A DNA stretch of 64,000 nt from an uncultured delta proteobacterium. Lineage in GTDB: Bacteria; Myxococcota_A; Polyangia; Haliangiales; Haliangiaceae. Positions 47,606 through 58,999 of this stretch are shown here, piece by piece. The stretch's first letter is position 1; every line of letters starts with the position of its first letter. Under the pieces are notes generated by a model. That model was given only the letters and a program-made list of their open reading frames with translations. It ran no database searches and was not told the origin of the DNA. The stretch lies in contig CAVUQH010000003.1 in NCBI GenBank assembly GCA_963743525.1, positions 960,001 to 1,024,000 on the forward strand, in the 5' to 3' direction. The translations under genes were made by a program, and so were the position numbers.

Positions 47606-48487
47606 ATGAGTCAGAAGTTCACTGCCGCGGTGCACCACCGGGACGACGTCACATTCGTGAAGTTGTCCGGGGTCATCGACGAGGACAACGAGCTGGCGGA
47701 TCTCATCGACAAGATCCCGTCGGGCACGGCTGTCATCGACCTCGGCGAGGTGGAGCGCATCAATTCGTGCGGCGTCCGCGACTGGGTCAACTGGCTGAGC
47801 AAAGTCGAAGGCCAGAAGACCGACGTCGTGCTCGTCGAGTGCTCACCCGCGATCGTCGCGCAGATCAACCTGGTCAACAACTTCACGGGCACGGGCGTAG
47901 TCAAGAGCTTCTACGTTCCGTACTTCTGCCCCGAGTGTGACGAGGAAAAGGTGCTCCTGTGCGAGGCCGGCGACATGGGACCGCCGCCGCACGAGCCGCC
48001 CACCTGTCGCTGCGACGAGTGCGATCTGGTCATGGACTTCGACGACATGCCGGACTCGTACTTTGCCTTCCTGGCCAACCAGAAGAAGGTCGCGCAGCCC
48101 GACAAGGTCAACGCCGTGCTGACCGAGTTCAACCCGTCTGACGGGGAGAAGTCGAAGATCCGCTCGCGCGTCGGCACCAGCAGCCTGTCCGGCAGCTCGA
48201 TGTCGTCGCTGCCGAGCGTGCCGTCGCTGCCGTCGATCTCGCGCACTGGCCTCACCGGGCCAGGTTCGTCGCGGCCGGGGCAGACCGGCGGATTCGGGAC
48301 CAACCCCGGCAGCCGACCGGGCAGCTCCGCTGGATCCAACCCGGGGTCGAACCCGGGGATCAGCATGGTCGGCGATCGCGCCGCGGCGGTGAGCCAGCCC
48401 AAGAGCGGCGCCGTGGTCTACGTGCTCGTCGGCGTGCTGCTCATCGCCATCGGCGTGCTGGCCTTCCTTCTGTTCGCGGGCAAGTGA
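47606..48487 (+). CDS. STAS-like anti-anti-sigma domain, Zn ribbon, Ser/Gly linker and C-terminal TM
   Basis: LSGVIDE...[21 protein letters not shown]...CDEC; C-terminal hydrophobic helix. Confidence 0.8.
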   Translation: MSQKFTAAVHHRDDVTFVKLSGVIDEDNELADLIDKIPSGTAVIDLGEVERINSCGVRDWVNWLSKVEGQKTDVVLVECSPAIVAQINLVNNFTGTGVVKSFYVPYFCPECDEEKVLLCEAGDMGPPPHEPPTCRCDECDLVMDFDDMPDSYFAFLANQKKVAQPDKVNAVLTEFNPSDGEKSKIRSRVGTSSLSGSSMSSLPSVPSLPSISRTGLTGPGSSRPGQTGGFGTNPGSRPGSSAGSNPGSNPGISMVGDRAAAVSQPKSGAVVYVLVGVLLIAIGVLAFLLFAGK

Positions 48488-48505
48488 GCGGGCCCGCCTG
48501 ACACC

Positions 48506-49084
48506 ATGGCGGCACAAAGGCAACAGCTCGAAGTCAACCCGGAGCTCCAGGGCTTCCTGGACCAGTTCAAGCGCATCTCGGCGGCGATCGTAGACAGCTA
48601 CTTCATCGTCGACACCGAGCGGCGCATCGTCGACTTCAACCGGGCTTTCTACGCCATGCTGCCCCGCCAGGTGGCCCGTGGCCTCAAGGGCAAGCGCTGC
48701 TACGAGGTCATCGAGCTCAACATCTGCCAGAACGAGTGCATCGCTCAGGCCTGCTGGGCCGATAACCGCCACGTCCGCCTCGACGAGATCAGCGGCACGG
48801 TCATCGGCGACACCGACGCACAGCAGCTGCGCTTCATCCTGTCAGCGGTTCCGATCACCGACGGGGCGGGCAGCCACGTCGGCGCCCTCGAGATCCAGCG
48901 CAACGTCACCGACGAAGCGGTGGTCCAGGTGAAGTACCAGGAGATGCTCGAGACCGAGGCGAGGGAGCGCGAGCGCCTGGCGGTGCAGATCCGCACCCGC
49001 ACCAAAGAGCTGCTCGAGACCAATCAGCTCCTGCTCAAGACGCAGAAGGAGCTGCTCGCGTACAAGAAGGGTCTGGTGGCGTAG
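48506..49084 (+). CDS. Stand-alone Cys-rich PAS domain plus coiled coil
   Basis: [42 protein letters not shown] followed by a coiled coil. Confidence 0.8.
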   Translation: MAAQRQQLEVNPELQGFLDQFKRISAAIVDSYFIVDTERRIVDFNRAFYAMLPRQVARGLKGKRCYEVIELNICQNECIAQACWADNRHVRLDEISGTVIGDTDAQQLRFILSAVPITDGAGSHVGALEIQRNVTDEAVVQVKYQEMLETEARERERLAVQIRTRTKELLETNQLLLKTQKELLAYKKGLVA

Positions 49085-49189
49085 TCCACTGTCCCACACG
49101 CGCTTCCACCGTCATCTTCGTTCCCTGTTCGGGCGTCCTGGCCCGACGTTGACCGCCCTCGCCGCGAGGGCGTAACATATCGACAACCC

Positions 49190-50896
49190 ATGGCAAAACG
49201 CGCAGGGCCGAGCATCTCCGTCAAGATGATCCTGACCTCGACCCTCCTGATCTTGCTGATCGTGGGTGGCTTCGGGGTGCTCAACTGGGTCAAGACCGGG
49301 GAGCTATACGACAAGGCCGCTCACAAGCAGATCGTGGAGTTCGAGCGAGGGCTGGAAGCACAAGGTAAGTCCAGCGTTCAGCTGTTCTCCAACGTCGTGC
49401 TCTTGCCGCTCCTGAACAACCAGGATCGGCGGGAAGTTCCGCAGTTGGTGTTGCAGGCTGTCCGGCAGGACCCCGACCTGAAGGTCGTCTACGTGCTGAC
49501 CAACAACCGCAAGGTGGTCGACTACTGCAAGGTCAACCGGTCGCCGGAGGCGACCAAGCTCTGCGACGAATCCAAGTACGACTTCCCCGACCCGGACTCG
49601 GGCGCCGAGCTGCCGGACGTCAAGGACGTCACCTGGGACAAAGCCCTGGACGTGTGGAAGGCACGCGTCGCCGGCAAGGGTGGCAAGGATGCCACGTCGG
49701 CGCTGGTCACCTTCGACGACCCGGAGCAGCGGCTGCGCTACTTCGCCTATCCGGTCTACGCCGGTGAGGTGCTGACGCCCAAGATCGCGGTCAACGACGA
49801 TCCCAACCTGCACGGCTACGTGGTCCTCGGCTACTCGTTGCAGCCGATCTACGACTACGAGCAGTCGAGCAAGGACCAGAAGAACAAGGCGACCAAGAAG
49901 CTGGCGCTCAACACCGGCGCGTTCGGCGCCCTGTTCGTGCTCATCGGCGCGGTGTTGTCCATCTTCCAGGGGCTGCAGATCTCCAAACCGATCAAGCTGC
50001 TGGCGTGGAAGGCCGACCAGATCGCCCGCGGTGATCTCGAAGCGCGTGTGGAGGTGACGTCAACCGACGAGATAGGTCTGCTCGGCGAGAACTTCAACTT
50101 CATGGCCGATCAGATCGTCGTGCTCCTGCACCAGACCGCCGAGAAGGCGCACATGGAGAAGGAGCTCGAGGTTGCGCGCACCATCCAGGACACCCTGGTG
50201 CCGCCCAACGATCCGGTCGACTACGGCTTCCTCAAGTTCGCCGGTTACTTCCAGCCCGCCACCCAGTGCGGCGGCGACTGGTGGACCTACCACGAGCTGA
50301 AGGACGGCAAGCTGCTGATCGTCATCGGCGACGTCACCGGCCACGGCGTGCCGTCGGCGATGATCACGGCCACGGCCAAAGCCGCGTGCGACGTGGCGCG
50401 TACCGTCAACGACGACGACGTCTCGGTCACCACGGTGCTCGAGATCATGAACGACGCCATCTTCCAGAGCGCGAAGCGCAAGTTCGTCATGACCTGCTTC
50501 GCGTCGATCGTCGATCCGCGCACGCGGACCATCACCTACGCCAACGCGGGCCACAACTTCCCCTACCTGTACCGGCAGACCGGCAAGCGGGGCGAGTTCG
50601 GCTCGCTGATGATTCGCGGCAATCGCCTGGGCGACCTCAAGGAGTCCAAGTACGAGGCCAAGACCACCGAGCTCCTGCCCGGCGATCTGCTGATCTGGTA
50701 CACGGACGGCATCGTCGAGTGCGAGAACGCCGCCGGCGAGGAGTACGGCGAGAAGCGTTTCCGCGCCTCGATTCGCCGCGGCGCCGCGCTCGACCCCGGT
50801 GAGCTGCGCGACAACGCAGTCACCGAGGCGATGAACTTCTATGGCGAAATGCCACGCAAAGACGACATCACCCTGGTGATCGGCCGTATTGCATGA
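49190..50896 (+). CDS. Membrane HAMP / SpoIIE (RsbU-like PP2C) serine phosphatase
   Basis: Two TM helices, HAMP (DEIGLLGENFNFM), GGDWW, GDVTGHG, NAGH, YTDG, DDIT. Confidence 0.93.
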   Translation: MAKRAGPSISVKMILTSTLLILLIVGGFGVLNWVKTGELYDKAAHKQIVEFERGLEAQGKSSVQLFSNVVLLPLLNNQDRREVPQLVLQAVRQDPDLKVVYVLTNNRKVVDYCKVNRSPEATKLCDESKYDFPDPDSGAELPDVKDVTWDKALDVWKARVAGKGGKDATSALVTFDDPEQRLRYFAYPVYAGEVLTPKIAVNDDPNLHGYVVLGYSLQPIYDYEQSSKDQKNKATKKLALNTGAFGALFVLIGAVLSIFQGLQISKPIKLLAWKADQIARGDLEARVEVTSTDEIGLLGENFNFMADQIVVLLHQTAEKAHMEKELEVARTIQDTLVPPNDPVDYGFLKFAGYFQPATQCGGDWWTYHELKDGKLLIVIGDVTGHGVPSAMITATAKAACDVARTVNDDDVSVTTVLEIMNDAIFQSAKRKFVMTCFASIVDPRTRTITYANAGHNFPYLYRQTGKRGEFGSLMIRGNRLGDLKESKYEAKTTELLPGDLLIWYTDGIVECENAAGEEYGEKRFRASIRRGAALDPGELRDNAVTEAMNFYGEMPRKDDITLVIGRIA

Positions 50897-50916
50897 GGTC
50901 ACCTGAGGGAGGGGAG

Positions 50917-53520
50917 ATGATGCACAGACGTTTCGTTCGACTGGTTCTCTGCACGGTTCTCGCGACCGGCGCCGCCGTGACCGCGGTCGGAGTCCGGCCG
51001 GCACACGCGCAAGTTCGCGAAGAGCTCGGGGACGGCGACAAGGCGTACGAGAACGGCGACTGGAAGAAGGCCGCGCAGGCCTACGACAACGCCATCCGCA
51101 AATACCCCAAGCAGGTGTCGGCCGAGGCGTACGCCAAGCGCGCCAGTATCTTCCTCATTCTTTCGGGCAAGGCGCGGAACGAAGGCAAGGACGACCTGGC
51201 CGACGCGCTGCTGGAAGAGGGCCTGAAGTTCCTGTCGCAGAAGGCCGAGCCGGTGCACGGCAAGGCGCCCGAGATCCTCGAGCAGAAGGCGCTCATGCTG
51301 TGGGGCCTCAAGAGCAAGCCCGACGCGGTCAAGCTGGCCGAAGAGGTGGTCAAGGCCAAGCCGGCCTCATTCGCGTCGCAGCGCCTGATCGGCGAGTTCT
51401 ACGCCGCCCGCGAGCCGAAGAAGGCGATCGACGCCCTCGAGGCGTACTTCCAGCATCGTCCCAGCGACCTGGCCAAGACCCAGGACGTCCTGCCGCGCAT
51501 CCACCTGGGCTTCGCCTACCTCAGCGTCGCCCGGTCGCTCCGCCGCACTGCACCCGACAAGGCCAAGGATCTGGCCAAGAAGGCGATCGACCAGTTCGAC
51601 ATCCTCCTGGTCAAGCACAAGCAGGAGCGCCACGCCGAGGTCAACGCCAACAACGGTTTGTGCGCCGCCTACACCTTCATCGGCGAGTACAACCGCGCGA
51701 TCACCGTGTGCGAGAAGATCATCCAGAACCCGGCGCGCATCGACCGCGCCGGCTCGGTCTTCTTCAATCTGGGTGAGGCCTACCTGGAGATGCGCCAGCC
51801 GAAGAAGGCGCGCACCGTCGGTCGTGAGTACATCCGCCTGCGCAAGAGCGAGGCCAAGGGCTACATCCTGGTCGGCGACACCTACCAGCAGGAGCGCAAC
51901 TGGGAGCAGGCGCTGGAGAACTACAAGAAGGCCGAGGAGTACGCCAAGAACCGCTCCGAGTACGCCGCCGACATCGGCATCCGCCTGGGTATCTCGTACC
52001 GCCGCGCCAACCAGATCGACCTGGCCATCGCCAAGCTGGAAGAGGCGCTGGAGAACGATCCCGACAACCCACGGCTGATCATCGAGCTGGGCGGCGCCTA
52101 CATCGCCGCGCAGCAGGACGCCAAGGCGCTGGCCCGCGCCGAGGCGGCGATGGGCACCAAGGCGTTCGAGACGCTCGACGACAACACCAAGGTCAACCTG
52201 ATGGTGCTGGCCGGCAAGGCCGCCTACAACATCGCGGCCAAGGACCCGAAAGCCTCGGTCGACACCGCGCGCAAGCATTTCGGTGAGGCGTACAAGCTGC
52301 GGCCCAAGGACGTCACCGTGCGCATCGGCCTGGTGCGGACCATCAACCTGGAGGCCTACCGCGCGCGCAGCAACGCCAAGAAGGCCGAGGGACTGTTGAT
52401 GGAGGCCTACGGCATCGACAAGAACGCGCCCAGCACCAACCAGAACCTGGCGGTGCTCGACATCGAGCGCGGCGACTGCGACCAGGCCCGCGACAAGCTG
52501 AGCGCGCTGGCCAAGACCCGCAGCTACGCGCTGATGTACCACCGCCTGCTGGGCCGCACCTATCTGTGCGGCAAGCATCGCGACGAGGCCAAGGCCGCCG
52601 ATCAGTACGCCCGGGCCGAGAAGGAGGCCGGCAGCGCCAACCTGGTGCGCGCCGAGATCTACATCGAGTGGGCGCCGCTGCTCTGGGACAAGGATCTCGA
52701 CAAGGCGGTCGACATGCTCGAGTCGGCGGCGCAGTTCACCGCCCAGAGCCGCACCCTGGGGCCGGCCGCGCAGCGCAACCTGGCGCTGGCGCTGTTCCGC
52801 CGCGGTTGGCGCGACCTGCGCAAGGGCGGCGACGCCGGTCGCGCGGCCGACGACTTTGCCCGCGCCGCCCGCGATCCGGGCGTGCTCAAGGGCACCGAGG
52901 CCGAGGCGTTCGAGTTCTCCGAGGCCCTGGCCCGGCTCGAGCGCGGCGACAACCAGACCGCGTCCAAGCTGTTCGACAAGCTGTCCAAGAGCAAGGGCAA
53001 CGGCTACCTCAAGGCGCCGTACGACAAGGTCGGCGCCCAGTTCTTTGGCGCCTACGCCGACTACCGCGCCGGGTCGGCGCCCAGCCGCCGCCGCGCCGTG
53101 GCCGACTTCAACAAGCTGTCGCGCAACGCCAGCGGCGCCTTCGCCCGCACCCTGCGCGAGCTTCAGGGGGCGACCTACCTCGAGCTGGCCAGCGACGCCT
53201 ACAGCGGCGGCAGCACCAAGAGCGCCAGCACGTACCTCAGCGACGCGCAGCGCTACGCCGGCGGGTCGATGAAGCGCCTGATCGACCACAACAGCGCGGT
53301 GGTGAAGATGGGCTCCAAGTACGACAGCGGCCTCCTGTCCACGTTCGACAAGATGAACGCGGACCCACCGGAAGCGCTGGCCAACTACGGCATCATGCTC
53401 GACCGCGCCGGCAAGCCCAAGCAGGCGTACGAGGCGTGGATACTGGCGCAGAAGAAGGGCGTGCGGTCGCGCAGCCTGAGCAACTGGATCAGCGCCAAGA
53501 AGCGCATCTTCGGCTACTGA
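50917..53520 (+). CDS. Exported TPR-repeat protein
   Basis: GGAG RBS; signal peptide ending PAHA-Q; multiple TPRs. Confidence 0.85.
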   Translation: MMHRRFVRLVLCTVLATGAAVTAVGVRPAHAQVREELGDGDKAYENGDWKKAAQAYDNAIRKYPKQVSAEAYAKRASIFLILSGKARNEGKDDLADALLEEGLKFLSQKAEPVHGKAPEILEQKALMLWGLKSKPDAVKLAEEVVKAKPASFASQRLIGEFYAAREPKKAIDALEAYFQHRPSDLAKTQDVLPRIHLGFAYLSVARSLRRTAPDKAKDLAKKAIDQFDILLVKHKQERHAEVNANNGLCAAYTFIGEYNRAITVCEKIIQNPARIDRAGSVFFNLGEAYLEMRQPKKARTVGREYIRLRKSEAKGYILVGDTYQQERNWEQALENYKKAEEYAKNRSEYAADIGIRLGISYRRANQIDLAIAKLEEALENDPDNPRLIIELGGAYIAAQQDAKALARAEAAMGTKAFETLDDNTKVNLMVLAGKAAYNIAAKDPKASVDTARKHFGEAYKLRPKDVTVRIGLVRTINLEAYRARSNAKKAEGLLMEAYGIDKNAPSTNQNLAVLDIERGDCDQARDKLSALAKTRSYALMYHRLLGRTYLCGKHRDEAKAADQYARAEKEAGSANLVRAEIYIEWAPLLWDKDLDKAVDMLESAAQFTAQSRTLGPAAQRNLALALFRRGWRDLRKGGDAGRAADDFARAARDPGVLKGTEAEAFEFSEALARLERGDNQTASKLFDKLSKSKGNGYLKAPYDKVGAQFFGAYADYRAGSAPSRRRAVADFNKLSRNASGAFARTLRELQGATYLELASDAYSGGSTKSASTYLSDAQRYAGGSMKRLIDHNSAVVKMGSKYDSGLLSTFDKMNADPPEALANYGIMLDRAGKPKQAYEAWILAQKKGVRSRSLSNWISAKKRIFGY

Positions 53521-53533
53521 GGGAGACGCGATC

Positions 53534-54463
53534 ATGAAGAAGACCCTCGGCATCATTCTCGGACTCGGCGCGCTGGCGCTGCTCCTGGTCGTCGGCCTGT
53601 CCCGGCCGGGCAAGAGCCAGCCGGGCGGCGGGCAGTCGCTGACCATCGGCATCTACGCGCCGTCCATTCCGTTCGCCAGCTCGCAGGCCCGCCTGCAGTA
53701 CGCGCAGTCGCTGGCCCGCGCGGTCAGCCAGAACACCGGCGCCAAGGTGGACGCGCAGTCGTTCACCAGCATGTCGCAGCTCAAGAGCAAGAAGCCCGAC
53801 TTCGCCATCATCGACGGACAGTGCTTCGCCTCTGATCCCAGGGGTGACCTGCTGGCCAACGCCAAGGTCGGCGGGTCAACGTCGCGGTCGTGGGCGCTGT
53901 TCTCCAGCCAGGGACCCGGCCTGCAGGCGCTCGAGCACAAGAAGCTCGCCTACGTGAAGACCGGCTGCAACGACGGCGGCTTCATCGACAACGCGATGTT
54001 CGAGTCCGAGGTGTCGTCGCGCTACTTCAGCTCCAAGGTGGGCAAGCCCGACGTTCCCGCCGCGGTCGCCGAGGTCGTATCGCGCAAGGGCGCCGAGGCG
54101 GTGTTCGCGCCGGTCGGCTCGCAGAAGGGCCTGACCAAGGTGTTCGACGCCGGTTCGGTGCCCAACGCGGCGTTCGTGCAGATGAACAGCCGGCTGTCCA
54201 AGTCGCTGACCGACAAGGTCGCCAAGGCGGTTCGCAGCTTCGGTGGCGGCGGCGCCATCGAGGGCTGGAACAGCCCGGAGATGGGCCCGTTCCGCTCGCT
54301 GCGCGACCGGATGGGCCGGCACGTCAAGCGCGGCCTACTGGCCGATCCGCCGCCGGTCCGGGTGGACGTCAAGGACGTGCTGATTCCGCCCAAGACACTC
54401 GATGACACGGACTTGACGCCGGTGGGGCAGCACTTCGAGCAGCCCCCCGACCGCTTGGAGTAA
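53534..54463 (+). CDS. Periplasmic substrate-binding-like protein (PhnD/phosphonate-binding-like fold)
   Basis: Signal peptide; LTIGIYAP...L..KKLAY...VPNAAFV pattern of type II solute-binding proteins. Confidence 0.55.
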   Translation: MKKTLGIILGLGALALLLVVGLSRPGKSQPGGGQSLTIGIYAPSIPFASSQARLQYAQSLARAVSQNTGAKVDAQSFTSMSQLKSKKPDFAIIDGQCFASDPRGDLLANAKVGGSTSRSWALFSSQGPGLQALEHKKLAYVKTGCNDGGFIDNAMFESEVSSRYFSSKVGKPDVPAAVAEVVSRKGAEAVFAPVGSQKGLTKVFDAGSVPNAAFVQMNSRLSKSLTDKVAKAVRSFGGGGAIEGWNSPEMGPFRSLRDRMGRHVKRGLLADPPPVRVDVKDVLIPPKTLDDTDLTPVGQHFEQPPDRLE

Positions 54464-54500
54464 GACGGTAGGGAAGGTGGCCCCGTGGGGCTGGGGGCAA

Positions 54501-55004
54501 ATGAACATGGCCAAGCCACAAGCGGAAGCAGTCGCTCTCTCCTGGCGCATCAAAGAGCGTCCAGGTTTCACCACCGTCGAGTTCTTCGGTGAGATCGACG
54601 AGAACGCGGACTTCGCCGAGCTTCGGCGGCGGCTCAGCGGCTCGGTGATCTTCCACCTGGCCGACGTCCGGCGCATCAACTCGTGCGGCGTGCGCGAGTG
54701 GGTCAACTTCGTCCGCGACCTGCCCAACGTCACCGAGCTGGTGTTCACCCACTGCTCGCCGGCGATCGTCACCCAGCTCAACATGATCTACAACTTCCGC
54801 GGGCGTGCGCGGGTGCGCTCGTTCTACGCCCCGTTCGTGTGCGAGAACTGCCACAACGAGGAAGAGAAGCTGCTCGACGTGCAGTCGCAGTTCCCCGACG
54901 GGGCACTGAGCCCGATGCCCGAGTTCCAGTGCGAGAACTGCAACGAGGTGATGGAGTTCGACGATCTACCGGAGCGCTACCTCTCCTTCCTGTCGGAGAC
55001 CTGA
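54501..55004 (+). CDS. Soluble STAS-like plus Zn-ribbon protein (paralog of 47606)
   Basis: GEIDENAD...[14 protein letters not shown]...CSPAIV.QLN; CENC...[18 protein letters not shown]. Confidence 0.85.
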   Translation: MNMAKPQAEAVALSWRIKERPGFTTVEFFGEIDENADFAELRRRLSGSVIFHLADVRRINSCGVREWVNFVRDLPNVTELVFTHCSPAIVTQLNMIYNFRGRARVRSFYAPFVCENCHNEEEKLLDVQSQFPDGALSPMPEFQCENCNEVMEFDDLPERYLSFLSET

Positions 55005-55010
55005 GCTTCT

Positions 55011-56351
55011 GTGAGCGACGCCCTCGAGCAGGTCAAGCAGCTCCTCGAAGCCAGCATCGACGCGGCTGTCATCCTCGACGAGGACCGCCGGATCGTCTTC
55101 TACAATCGCGCCTACGAGGCGATGACCGGCCTGCGCGGGCGCCAGCTCAAGCGCCGGGTCGAGGCCGGCGCCCACTGCTACGAGATCTTTCCCATCGCCA
55201 TCTGCGAGTTCAACTGTCTGGGCTGCAAGGCAATGGAAGTCGATCGGCCGCTGCGCGTCGACGAGATATCCGCCGAGCGCGGTGATGGCGAGGAGCTGAC
55301 CTTGATCGTCAGCGCCAACCGGCTGGACGAGGGGCTGATCATCGAGAGCTACCGCGACGTGACCGCCGACGCGCGCATCCAGCGCCGGCTCAAGGTCCTG
55401 CTCGAACGCGAGCGCCGGGCCAAGGAGCACCTCGAGGAGGAGGTCAGCGCGCGCACCCAGGACCTGCGCCAGGCCCAGGCGCAGCTGGTCCACCAGGAGA
55501 AGATGTCGGGCCTCGGGCGGCTGGTCGCCGGCATCGCCCACGAGATGAACAACCCGATCAACTTCGTCTACGGCAATGTCGACTTCCTCGGCCAGTACAT
55601 GGAAGACCTGCTGGCGCTGGTCGACATGATCGATCGCGCGGAGCTGCCGCCCGCGGTGCGCGGCGATCTGGACAAGCGCAAGGGCGACATCGAGTACGAC
55701 TTCCTGGTCGACGACTCGCGCAAGCTGATCCGCTCGATCCGCGCCGGTGCCGAGCGCACCGCCAGCATCGTGCAAGATCTCAAGACCTTCTCGCGCACCG
55801 GCGGCGGCGAGCTGCAGGAGGCCGACGTGGTCGCCGGCATCGAGACCACGCTCAACTTGATCGGCCCGCTGCTCAAGAACCGGGTCACCGTCGAGCGCGA
55901 CTTCGAGCCCAACCTGCCGCGACTGGTGTGCAACGCCGGCCACATCAACCAGGTGTTCATGAACATCCTGACCAACGCGGCCCAGGCGATCTCGGGCAAT
56001 GGCACCATTCGCGTGCGCATCCGCCGCACCGACGAGCCCGAGGGGATTCGCGTCGACATCACCGACACCGGCGCCGGCATCGGCGCCGAGGTAATGGAGA
56101 AGATGACCGACCCGTTCTTCACCACCAAGGACGTGGGCGAGGGCACCGGCCTGGGGCTGTGGATCACCGAAAACATCGTCCGCGCTCACGGCGGCAAGCT
56201 GTCGTGGCGCAACGAGACCGGGTCCGGCGCGACCTTCACCGTCGAGCTGCCGATCCGCGCGCCCGAGACCGCGCGCATGGGCCTGGCCGGCGGCCGCACC
56301 GAGCCGCCTGCTGCCGTGCCCGACGAGGCCGAGCGGGGCGACCGTGTCTGA
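55011..56351 (+). CDS. PAS-domain sensor histidine kinase
   Basis: PAS with [15 protein letters not shown]-box [34 protein letters not shown]. Confidence 0.95.
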   Translation: MSDALEQVKQLLEASIDAAVILDEDRRIVFYNRAYEAMTGLRGRQLKRRVEAGAHCYEIFPIAICEFNCLGCKAMEVDRPLRVDEISAERGDGEELTLIVSANRLDEGLIIESYRDVTADARIQRRLKVLLERERRAKEHLEEEVSARTQDLRQAQAQLVHQEKMSGLGRLVAGIAHEMNNPINFVYGNVDFLGQYMEDLLALVDMIDRAELPPAVRGDLDKRKGDIEYDFLVDDSRKLIRSIRAGAERTASIVQDLKTFSRTGGGELQEADVVAGIETTLNLIGPLLKNRVTVERDFEPNLPRLVCNAGHINQVFMNILTNAAQAISGNGTIRVRIRRTDEPEGIRVDITDTGAGIGAEVMEKMTDPFFTTKDVGEGTGLGLWITENIVRAHGGKLSWRNETGSGATFTVELPIRAPETARMGLAGGRTEPPAAVPDEAERGDRV

Positions 56352-56745
56352 CGGCGGATCGCGCCACCGGCTCCTCGTCGTCGACGACGAGCCGCTCAAC
56401 CGCGAGCTGTTGCGCCGCGTCCTTGCCCGCGAGTACGAGATCGCCGAGGCCGAGGATGGGCGCGCGGCGCTGGCGATCCTCGAAGCCGAGGGCGACGCGA
56501 TTCGCCTGGTCCTGTGCGACCAGCTCATGCCGGAGATGAGCGGTACCGAGCTGGCTCAGGTGTCGCGCGATCGCTGGCCGGCGATCATCTTCGTCTTGCT
56601 GACCGGCTACGACGACGATCCGGACGTGGCCGCGGCGCTGGCCGGCGGCATGGTCGCTCACGTGGTGGCCAAACCGTGGCGCGGCGCCGCGTTGCGCACG
56701 CTGATCGAAGAAGCGATCAGCGGGTCCCCGGCAGATCCTTCGTGA
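56344..56745 (+). CDS. Single-domain response regulator
   Basis: VVDDE, LCDQLMP, LLTG, AKPW. Confidence 0.92.
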   Translation: MSDGGSRHRLLVVDDEPLNRELLRRVLAREYEIAEAEDGRAALAILEAEGDAIRLVLCDQLMPEMSGTELAQVSRDRWPAIIFVLLTGYDDDPDVAAALAGGMVAHVVAKPWRGAALRTLIEEAISGSPADPS

Positions 56746-57952
56746 CCTGAAGGTGTGACGCCACGGATTCCGCGCCGCCGTCGTAGGCGTCGTGTTCGGC
56801 GTCGAGCACCGCCACCGCGCTGCCGACCCTGCCGGTGAGCAGGGCGTGGCCGTCGACCACCCGCACCTTCACGTGGTCGGCCGCGAGGGCGGGATCCCAG
56901 CGCAGCTCCTGGCGGATCTCGGCGGCTGCCAGGCCGTCGCGCAGAGAGGTCCAACCGGGCCACAGCTCCCGCCAGCCCAGGGTCAACGGCGCCGCTTCGG
57001 CCTGGTTCTTCACGATGTGCAGGTCGTCGTCCACCTGGACCACGCCGACGGTGTCTCGGGCCAGCTCCAGCGCTGCCTGTCGGGCGGGCTCGTCGTTGAC
57101 CTGGCCCATCAGCGTGACCACGCCCGCGACCACCTCCGGCTCGAGGTCGGAGTAGAGCAGGCGCGGATCGAGGCCCGAGGCTTGCTGGATGGTCTGGGCG
57201 ATGGCGCCGTCGCTGCGCACCGGGAACGGCTCGTGGCGGAGGTCGTAGTCGCCGAACAGCGAGTTGACGGTCAGGCGGTTGGAGTCGACCGCGCGCACGC
57301 CGGCGATCCAGGCGTCCTCGGTGATGCGGTCGCGCTCGGTGGTCGAGCCGACGAGGCCGGACAGGGTGACGACGCCGTCGTGTACCGCGACCATGGTCAG
57401 ATCGGCGTCCACGTGCGGATCCCAGCGGAGCTCGCTGATGACGTCGGCGCGGATGGCCGGGTCGGAGCGGTCGAAGGCGTAGGCCACCTGCAGGCCGTTG
57501 ACCACGCGAGTGACGCTGTCACCCCGTTCGGCGATGCGCACGGCCTGTGCGCGGCGTTGCTCGGACGAGACCGTTCCGGTCAGGGTGACCACGCCGTCTT
57601 TCACGGCCACGCCGATCCCTTCGTTGCGGGTCAGCGGGTCGGTGTGCAGCGCCGCGACCAGATCATCGCGCAGCGCCTGGTCATCGATCGGCTCCATCTG
57701 AAGCTTCATTCGATCGACGACGGCGCGAACGCCGACGACCAGCTTCGTTCGCTCGACCGCCCGCTTCTGCGAAAACAGGTCGGGAACGGTGCCGGTCAGG
57801 ACGATGATGCCGTTGTCGTCCTCGATTCCCAGCTCGAGGTTGTTGGTGACCAGACCGCGGGCCAGCTCGTGCCGGACGTCGGCGGTGAGACCATCGTTCG
57901 GGCGCGGGGCCATTGTCGCCGCCGTCGCTATCGCAAGCAGTAGTTGCAGCAC
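56717..57952 (-). CDS. Multi-BON-domain (OsmY-like) exported protein
   Basis: Five repeats of V.dGvV.L.G.V.s...r..A...A....GV..V...L; GGAGG RBS. Confidence 0.9.
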   Translation of the reverse strand: MLQLLLAIATAATMAPRPNDGLTADVRHELARGLVTNNLELGIEDDNGIIVLTGTVPDLFSQKRAVERTKLVVGVRAVVDRMKLQMEPIDDQALRDDLVAALHTDPLTRNEGIGVAVKDGVVTLTGTVSSEQRRAQAVRIAERGDSVTRVVNGLQVAYAFDRSDPAIRADVISELRWDPHVDADLTMVAVHDGVVTLSGLVGSTTERDRITEDAWIAGVRAVDSNRLTVNSLFGDYDLRHEPFPVRSDGAIAQTIQQASGLDPRLLYSDLEPEVVAGVVTLMGQVNDEPARQAALELARDTVGVVQVDDDLHIVKNQAEAAPLTLGWRELWPGWTSLRDGLAAAEIRQELRWDPALAADHVKVRVVDGHALLTGRVGSAVAVLDAEHDAYDGGAESVASHLQVTKDLPGTR

Positions 57953-58070
57953 GATGTGCCTCCTTTCACCCGCTGTACGTGCATCGGCCGTGCCGTCGGC
58001 GACCGGCGATATTGTTGGTCGTCGGTGCCGCAGCTACCCGTGGCGAAGCGCCACGTCGTGCGCGGGCGCC

Positions 58071-58997
58071 TCAGTGGGTGTCTGGGGCCCAGGCGGCGGC
58101 GCCGTTGACGCCCCGCTCGAGCAGCACCGGTCGCGCGATCTCGGCGCCGTCCAGTTGTGCGCGGTAGAGATCGAAGGTGCCCTTCTCGTCGCCGTCGCGC
58201 TCGACCAGCGCGAAGCTGCCGTCCGGGGCGATGGCGCGGGCGCGGTAGCGGCGCCAGCACTTGTACTCGCCGCCAACGGCGCGAACGATGCACGCGCGCT
58301 TGTTGCGCTGCGCCAGCACCCACTTGCTGTCGGCGGACCATGCCACCGGCACGCCGTCGTGCAACAGCTTGCGCCGCACCGCGTGGCCGTCGAGGCGGAA
58401 GGTGAACATCTCGGGATGTTTGCCGCCGGTCCACACGCCGACGGCGCGGCTGCCGTCGGGTGCGGGCAGCCACGCGCCGGTCGGGCTGTTCGGCGCGACC
58501 TCGCGGACGCCTTTGCCGACCCGCAGCAGGGCGCCGCTCTTGGCCAGGATCACGTCACCGCCGGCCATCGGCGTGGCGCCGACGGCATCCCCGACCAGCA
58601 CCCGGCGGCGGATGCCGAGAAGGTCCTGGGCGATCAGCCAGCCGGTGCCGGCGTCGCACAGCGCCGTGTTGCCGTCGGCCGACAGGCGTACGGTGTGTGG
58701 GCAGACGATCACGCGCGGCGCGGCAGACGGCCGCCGCAGGTCGTACAGGCGGTGGCTGCCGCCGCCGCTGGCCAGCAGCCAGTGGCCGTCGGCGCTGACG
58801 GCGAGGTCGTCGACGGCGGGCAGCGCGTGGTCGGTGGGCAGCGGGGTGGCGTCGCCGCCGGCGGCCGGCCGGGCGAACAGCGCCCCGCCGCGGGCGAAAT
58901 AGATCGTGCCGGTCGGCGCCGGCTCGTCGGCGACCGCGGGCCCGGCCCAGGCCAGGGCGATCGCGGCGATGACCGCCGCTGCTGCCGGCCCGCGCAC
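58071..58997 (-). CDS. Exported beta-propeller (TolB/PD40-like) protein
   Basis: Signal peptide ending AVA; repeated SADG/APDG/WSADS motifs. Confidence 0.7.
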   Translation of the reverse strand: MRGPAAAAVIAAIALAWAGPAVADEPAPTGTIYFARGGALFARPAAGGDATPLPTDHALPAVDDLAVSADGHWLLASGGGSHRLYDLRRPSAAPRVIVCPHTVRLSADGNTALCDAGTGWLIAQDLLGIRRRVLVGDAVGATPMAGGDVILAKSGALLRVGKGVREVAPNSPTGAWLPAPDGSRAVGVWTGGKHPEMFTFRLDGHAVRRKLLHDGVPVAWSADSKWVLAQRNKRACIVRAVGGEYKCWRRYRARAIAPDGSFALVERDGDEKGTFDLYRAQLDGAEIARPVLLERGVNGAAAWAPDTH

Positions 58998-58999
58998 GT

